In this document: positions 59,518 through 64,000 of the stretch, one piece after another
Numbering within the stretch: the stretch's first letter is position 1
How the letters are laid out: every line of letters starts with the position of its first letter
The notes under the pieces: generated by a model
Told to the model about the DNA's origin: nothing
What the model saw: only the letters and a program-made list of their open reading frames with translations
Databases searched by the model: none
NCBI GenBank assembly: GCA_050251945.1
Contig: JBFWLW010000005.1
Coordinates: 1-64,000, forward strand
Direction: 5' to 3'
Origin: Deferribacterales bacterium
GTDB taxonomy: Bacteria > Chrysiogenota > Deferribacteres > Deferribacterales > Geovibrionaceae
Length of the DNA: 64,000 nt
Program-made: the position numbers and the translations under genes

Positions 59518-60522
59518 TTAAAGTATGCCTGCTGTCTCGTCCAGACCGCACATGACATTCAGGTTCTGCACGGCGGCGCCGCTTGAACCCTTTATCAGGT
59601 TGTCTATACATGACACGATGATAAGTTTTCCGTCCTTAAGGAAAAGCGCAATGTCGATGAAGTTTGTGTCCACGACATCTTTGATGGACGGAACGTGTCC
59701 GTTGTCATAAATGCGTACGAAACGTCGGTCTTTGTAGAATGCCTTCATGCAGGAGGCAAGCTCCGCGAGGCTTTTGTCGGTTTTTGCGTAGATGGTGGTC
59801 TCTATCCCTTTGTTGACTGGCAGCAGGTGCGCCGTAAAGGTTACGTCCGCTTTGTTGCCTGTCCGCTCAAGGATATGGTTCATTTCGGGATTATGCCTGT
59901 GTCCGAAGATGTTATAGGGTCTGAAATCCTCGTTGACCTCGCTGAAAGAGAGCGACAGGTCTGCCTTTCTCCCGGCTCCGGTAACGCCGGATTTTGAGTC
60001 TGCAATTATGTATGAAGCGTCTATCAGTCCCTCTTTAACAAGAGGGAACAGAGGCATTATAACTGTTGTGGGGTAGCATCCGGGGTTTGCCGCCATATTT
60101 GTTTTAGCAAGCTCTTCGCCGAATATTTCAGGTATGCCGTAAACCGCCTTTTCAAGCAGTTCGGGGAACAGATGTTTTGTATTGTAAACTTTCTCGTATA
60201 ACTGAGCGTCCTTTATGCGGAAATCCGCGGACAGATCCACCACTTTCAAGCCTTTGCCGTGGAAGAAAGCCGCCGCCTGCTGTGCCGCCGCGTGGGGCAG
60301 GCAGAGAAAGACCGCTTCGGACTCTGCGGCAACCTTTTCATAGTCGCGCCCGATGATAACTGTGTCGCACAGGTTTTTAAAGTAGGGGTAGACCTCGCTG
60401 AAAGCTTTGCCTTCATAGGTCTCGCTCACAAGTTGTCCGATAACAAAGCGCGGGTGTCTTACCAGAATTTTAATAAGTTCATATCCGGTGTAGCCCGTTG
60501 CTCCGATGACGGAAACTATCAT
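59518..60522 (-). CDS. argC: N-acetyl-gamma-glutamyl-phosphate reductase ArgC
   Basis: GATGYTG, DLSADFR, ANPGCYPT, IDNLIKG. Confidence 0.96.
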   Translation of the reverse strand: MIVSVIGATGYTGYELIKILVRHPRFVIGQLVSETYEGKAFSEVYPYFKNLCDTVIIGRDYEKVAAESEAVFLCLPHAAAQQAAAFFHGKGLKVVDLSADFRIKDAQLYEKVYNTKHLFPELLEKAVYGIPEIFGEELAKTNMAANPGCYPTTVIMPLFPLVKEGLIDASYIIADSKSGVTGAGRKADLSLSFSEVNEDFRPYNIFGHRHNPEMNHILERTGNKADVTFTAHLLPVNKGIETTIYAKTDKSLAELASCMKAFYKDRRFVRIYDNGHVPSIKDVVDTNFIDIALFLKDGKLIIVSCIDNLIKGSSGAAVQNLNVMCGLDETAGIL

Positions 60523-60603
60523 TGCGCCCTCCATGTAAGGTTCATGGGGTACAAGATAGTGCAAAACGCTCTGAAAATCAAAGCAAATCTATGTCAGCAA
60601 ATG

Positions 60604-61341
60604 TTAGTTTTTAAATATCTCAGCAAGATATTCCGTAAAACGTTTCCATGATTTTTCATCGGCGTCTTTGCGGTATGAAGGTGCGCCGAAAACAGTGAAC
60701 GCATGGGGTGCGCCGCTGTATGTGTGCATTTCGTGCTTAATGCCTGCTTTTTCCAGTGCTTTTGCAAGTTCGGCAAATGATTCCATACTGACAGACGCGT
60801 CGGCTGTTCCGTGAAATATCACAACTTCGCCTTTGGCTGTTGTCCAGCTCTGGTCGGGCGGTGTGTCCAGTCCGCCGTGAAAAGAGATGAACGATTTGAG
60901 CGGTACGCCTGTGCGCGCGTATTCAAGAGTTACGGTGCCGCCGAAGCAGTAGCCTGTCATAACTGCGTTGTCAACGTTCGCACCGAGCTTTTTAGCCGCG
61001 TCGTATCCTGCCGTGAGCAGTCTGCGCATTTTTGCTCTGTCAGCATAAAGCTCTCCGGTGAGACGCTTTTTATCTTCAACGGCTTCCGGACGCACACCCT
61101 TGCCGAACATATCCACCGCAAAGGCGGAATAGCCCAGCTTGTTCAGCATCGCCGCGCGCTGCATTTCATATCCGTCCAGACCGTTCCAGTCGTGGACGAT
61201 GAACACCAGCGGCGCTGTTTTTGATGCGGGCGCGTAGTAGCCTTCATATTCTTTTCCGTCTGATTTATAGGTAACAGATTCGCCGGCATAGACCGTCCCT
61301 GCAACGAACAGGGAACAAATAAAAGAGAGAAAAGTCTTCAT
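60604..61341 (-). CDS. Dienelactone hydrolase family protein (secreted)
   Basis: Signal peptide, HDWNG, GYCFGG, HAFT. Confidence 0.88.
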   Translation of the reverse strand: MKTFLSFICSLFVAGTVYAGESVTYKSDGKEYEGYYAPASKTAPLVFIVHDWNGLDGYEMQRAAMLNKLGYSAFAVDMFGKGVRPEAVEDKKRLTGELYADRAKMRRLLTAGYDAAKKLGANVDNAVMTGYCFGGTVTLEYARTGVPLKSFISFHGGLDTPPDQSWTTAKGEVVIFHGTADASVSMESFAELAKALEKAGIKHEMHTYSGAPHAFTVFGAPSYRKDADEKSWKRFTEYLAEIFKN

Positions 61342-61408
61342 ATCGGCTCCTTTTAGCGGTATTTCAACTAAAATCAGCGGATGTTGGCGATTTGGCAATA
61401 GATTTCTG

Positions 61409-61729
61409 TCAGCAGCATTCCGATTCGCATTTTTCAAGTGCGTGGATGGCGTCCCCGTCCTCAGCATTGTCAAAGAGTTCGCCTATCATGGATGCGCAGG
61501 AACAGACCAGATAAAGCAGTTCCTCTTTGGGGTCTTTCTGCGGGTCGCGCAGGTAGTATCCTTCGGGGATGCGACCAGTGAAGCGCTCCCAGTATACGTT
61601 TCCGTTCTGCGGGTCTTTCAGCAGACGCAGAAGATGGTCAACGACCTGACACGCATTCTCGAAACAGTTTATGTTTTTGAAGCTGACATAGCTTTCGTCA
61701 ACTTTTATCTCTTTTTTGCAGTTACACAT
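61409..61729 (-). CDS. cowN: N2-fixation sustaining protein CowN-like
   Basis: YVSF..INC, YWERF, ELF, C-terminal ECC. Confidence 0.7.
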   Translation of the reverse strand: MCNCKKEIKVDESYVSFKNINCFENACQVVDHLLRLLKDPQNGNVYWERFTGRIPEGYYLRDPQKDPKEELLYLVCSCASMIGELFDNAEDGDAIHALEKCESECC

Positions 61730-61832
61730 TTTCCGACACCTTTTGATATTTTCTGCTGTTATACATAATAACACATATTATTTTAATGGTATTGCATGTA
61801 TAATTACTGACATTTTACGAAAAAGGTGAGTT

Positions 61833-62828
61833 ATGACCGAGGTGTCGGGCATTACATTTCAATATGTCGTGAAGGCTTTGGAGGCAAACACAGGCATATC
61901 CGCCGACGCGATGCTGGAGCATCTGGGGCTTGACGGATCTGTGTTTCAAAGCGGAAAGACCGACAGCGGCTTTCTTACGGCTGTGTTTCGCTATTGCATG
62001 GAAAAGACCGAAAATCCGCATCTGGCTCTTGATATCGGGCAGTCCATGCCTTATCAGTCACTTGGACTTCTGGGTTATCTGCTTCTGAACACGGCGAATC
62101 TCAAGCAGATGATCGAAAAGTTCAGCAGATACCAGCAGCTTGTCAGCAGGCTTCTGAAATTCCATATCTCTGACGACGGAAAATATTACAAATTTGCCGT
62201 ATATATTAATGAAAACAAAAATATCCCTGTTCCCGCCCACCACGCGGAGGTGCATCTGAGCGCCATACTGAACGTTCTTTCGCAGATACTGGGAAGGCAG
62301 GTTATCCCCGCCTATACTCATTTTTCGCAGAAACGGGTGAAGGACTGTAAAAAGCACCATGAGCTTTTCGGCGAGCATATCTTTTTTGAGAAGAACGAGA
62401 ACGCGCTGTTCTTTAAAAAAGATGAGCTGAATATTCCTGTCAGCAATGCGAACAGAACCATGCTGGAATATTTTGAGGCGCAGGCGAACGCCATCCTGCG
62501 GGAGATGGGGAACAGCTCGTGGTTCAGCCGTGTTGAAAAAGAGATACTTAAGAACATCGGCGACAGGAGTGTCACCATCGAGCTTGTGGCGGAAAGTCTG
62601 AACGTCGGGGTGCGAACTCTCCAGAACTACCTGAAAGGGGAGGGCAGGAGTTTTTCGCTGGCGCTGGCGAAAGTGCGCCGCAGTCTTGCCGAACATTATA
62701 TCCGAAACACAAAGCTGACGGACACCGACATCTCCGGAATGCTCGGATATTCAGAGGTAAGCGCCTTTTACAGGGCATATAAAAAGTGGAACCTAGCCAC
62801 CCCGAAACAACTCAGAAACGGTTCATAA
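61833..62828 (+). CDS. AraC family regulator (Arabinose_bd_2 + HTH)
   Basis: LGLLGY, VRTLQNYL, LGYSEVSAFYRAYKKW. Confidence 0.88.
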   Translation: MTEVSGITFQYVVKALEANTGISADAMLEHLGLDGSVFQSGKTDSGFLTAVFRYCMEKTENPHLALDIGQSMPYQSLGLLGYLLLNTANLKQMIEKFSRYQQLVSRLLKFHISDDGKYYKFAVYINENKNIPVPAHHAEVHLSAILNVLSQILGRQVIPAYTHFSQKRVKDCKKHHELFGEHIFFEKNENALFFKKDELNIPVSNANRTMLEYFEAQANAILREMGNSSWFSRVEKEILKNIGDRSVTIELVAESLNVGVRTLQNYLKGEGRSFSLALAKVRRSLAEHYIRNTKLTDTDISGMLGYSEVSAFYRAYKKWNLATPKQLRNGS

Positions 62829-62912
62829 TATCTGTCGTTGCTCATAACGAATTACAATCTTCAGAATCTATGCTAATATAGAAATAATTATTCACTTATA
62901 CCGGAGTGTTTT

Positions 62913-64000
62913 ATGAGACAATTTCTTGTATTGATATGTATATTAACCTTTTCGGCAGTTTTGTTTGCCGGATGCGGTTCTTCAGGCGGTTCAGACGGCA
63001 AAAAGACTGAAACGGTCAAGGTCGGCGCTCTTCTGCCCCTTACAGGTTCTATGGCAGCCACAGGAAAAGGTATGGAAACTGCTGTCATGCTGGGTATTGA
63101 GGATGTGAACAGACACCTTGAGGTTGCGGATTCTTCCGTTCGGCTTAGTGCTGTGTATGCGGATTCCGCCACAGACCCGTCCACTGCGCTTGCAAAACTG
63201 AAAGAATTTAAAGCGCAGGGGATAAAATTTGTAATAGGTCCTGGAAGCAGTGCCGAAGCGGAGGCTGTTCTGGACTATGCAAACGCAAACGGCATCCTTC
63301 TGATAAGCAGCAGTACCGCGCCATCTCTCGCCATTGCCGATGATAACCTGCTGAGACTTGCACCCTCTGATGAAAATCAGGCGAAAGGGCTTGCCATGAT
63401 GATGAACAGGAACGGACATTCCAGACTTATTACGGTTAATCTTGACAACAACTACGGAAATGAGCTTTCTGCGGCTGTGCGCTCAGAGTTTACTGCTCTC
63501 GGCGGCGGAGTTGAGGCTTCTCTTTCATATCCGGCAGGTACGCAGGATTTTTCTGCTCTCGTTACGCAGATAAAGACAGCAGTTGACGCGGCTGTCACCG
63601 CTTACGGTGCATCTGCTGTGGCGGTTCAGCTTTCATCTCTTGAAGAGGCGGTTGCTCTTTTTGATGCCGCCGGAGGAACGACCCTTGAAAGCGTTAAGTG
63701 GTACGGAAGCGATGGAAACGCAGACCACAGTATATTCTTTGCAAATGCTGATGCGGCGGCTTTTGGTGCGGCTGTTTCGTTCATGAGCCCTGAATTTACC
63801 GTTGACGAGGAATCGCTCGCAATGCCTAAAAAAGTTATTCCTGACAGGTCTCTCAGAGAAAAAATATATTTGCAGAACGGCGGTGTAACAAGCGTTTCGT
63901 CACTCATAGGGTACGATGCGGCATGGCTCATCGGTCTTGGGCTGATGGAAAAGGGTGCATCCGCCTCCGCGCAGGATGTTATAAAGAAAATTTTTGATGT
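62913..64000 (+). CDS. Branched-chain-type ABC substrate-binding lipoprotein (3' truncated by window edge)
   Basis: Manual translation MRQFLVL...FAGC...KVGALLPLTG; absent from the ORF track, consistent with no stop before the window end. Confidence 0.8.
   Translation, partial: MRQFLVLICILTFSAVLFAGCGSSGGSDGKKTETVKVGALLPLTGSMAATGKGMETAVMLGIEDVNRHLEVADSSVRLSAVYADSATDPSTALAKLKEFKAQGIKFVIGPGSSAEAEAVLDYANANGILLISSSTAPSLAIADDNLLRLAPSDENQAKGLAMMMNRNGHSRLITVNLDNNYGNELSAAVRSEFTALGGGVEASLSYPAGTQDFSALVTQIKTAVDAAVTAYGASAVAVQLSSLEEAVALFDAAGGTTLESVKWYGSDGNADHSIFFANADAAAFGAAVSFMSPEFTVDEESLAMPKKVIPDRSLREKIYLQNGGVTSVSSLIGYDAAWLIGLGLMEKGASASAQDVIKKIFD

Overview
Bacterial chromosomal window of moderate GC, most likely from a Deferribacterales anaerobe (inference from the TrmD-Tm1570 fusion and gene content; not verified). 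Left to right it holds: a flagellar cluster (FlgS/FlgR-like two-component pair, sigma54 promoter, flgBC-fliE-fliFGHIJ, MotE-like), trmR/trhP-like genes, ligA, a PSRP regulator, FadL, the ffh-rpsP-khpA-rimM-trmD-rplS-rplM-rpsI cluster, a DsrE/ArsR/TauE trio, larE-like and mnmA, a QseEGF/GlrKR-like system opposite a sigma54-driven small secreted protein, ahpC, a PilZ protein, a PanE-Nudix fusion, clpC, def, a WYL regulator, cydAB, MarR/pirin, a cytoplasmic sensory [NiFe]-hydrogenase operon, a second Cache-kinase/HD-GYP pair, argJ/argC, cowN and a partial ABC binding lipoprotein. No rRNA, tRNA, CRISPR or transposase was seen. The two best candidates for undescribed systems are: (1) a WYL regulator and a divergent, unlisted 44-aa membrane peptide, each preceded by a CGAC-N7-GTCG operator (one in PafBC-type activator geometry) and separated by a 700-bp tandem REP array; (2) an H2-sensor-type hydrogenase encoded with a hybrid kinase, a receiver and an HD-GYP phosphodiesterase. 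All product calls come from motif recognition only; no database search was run.
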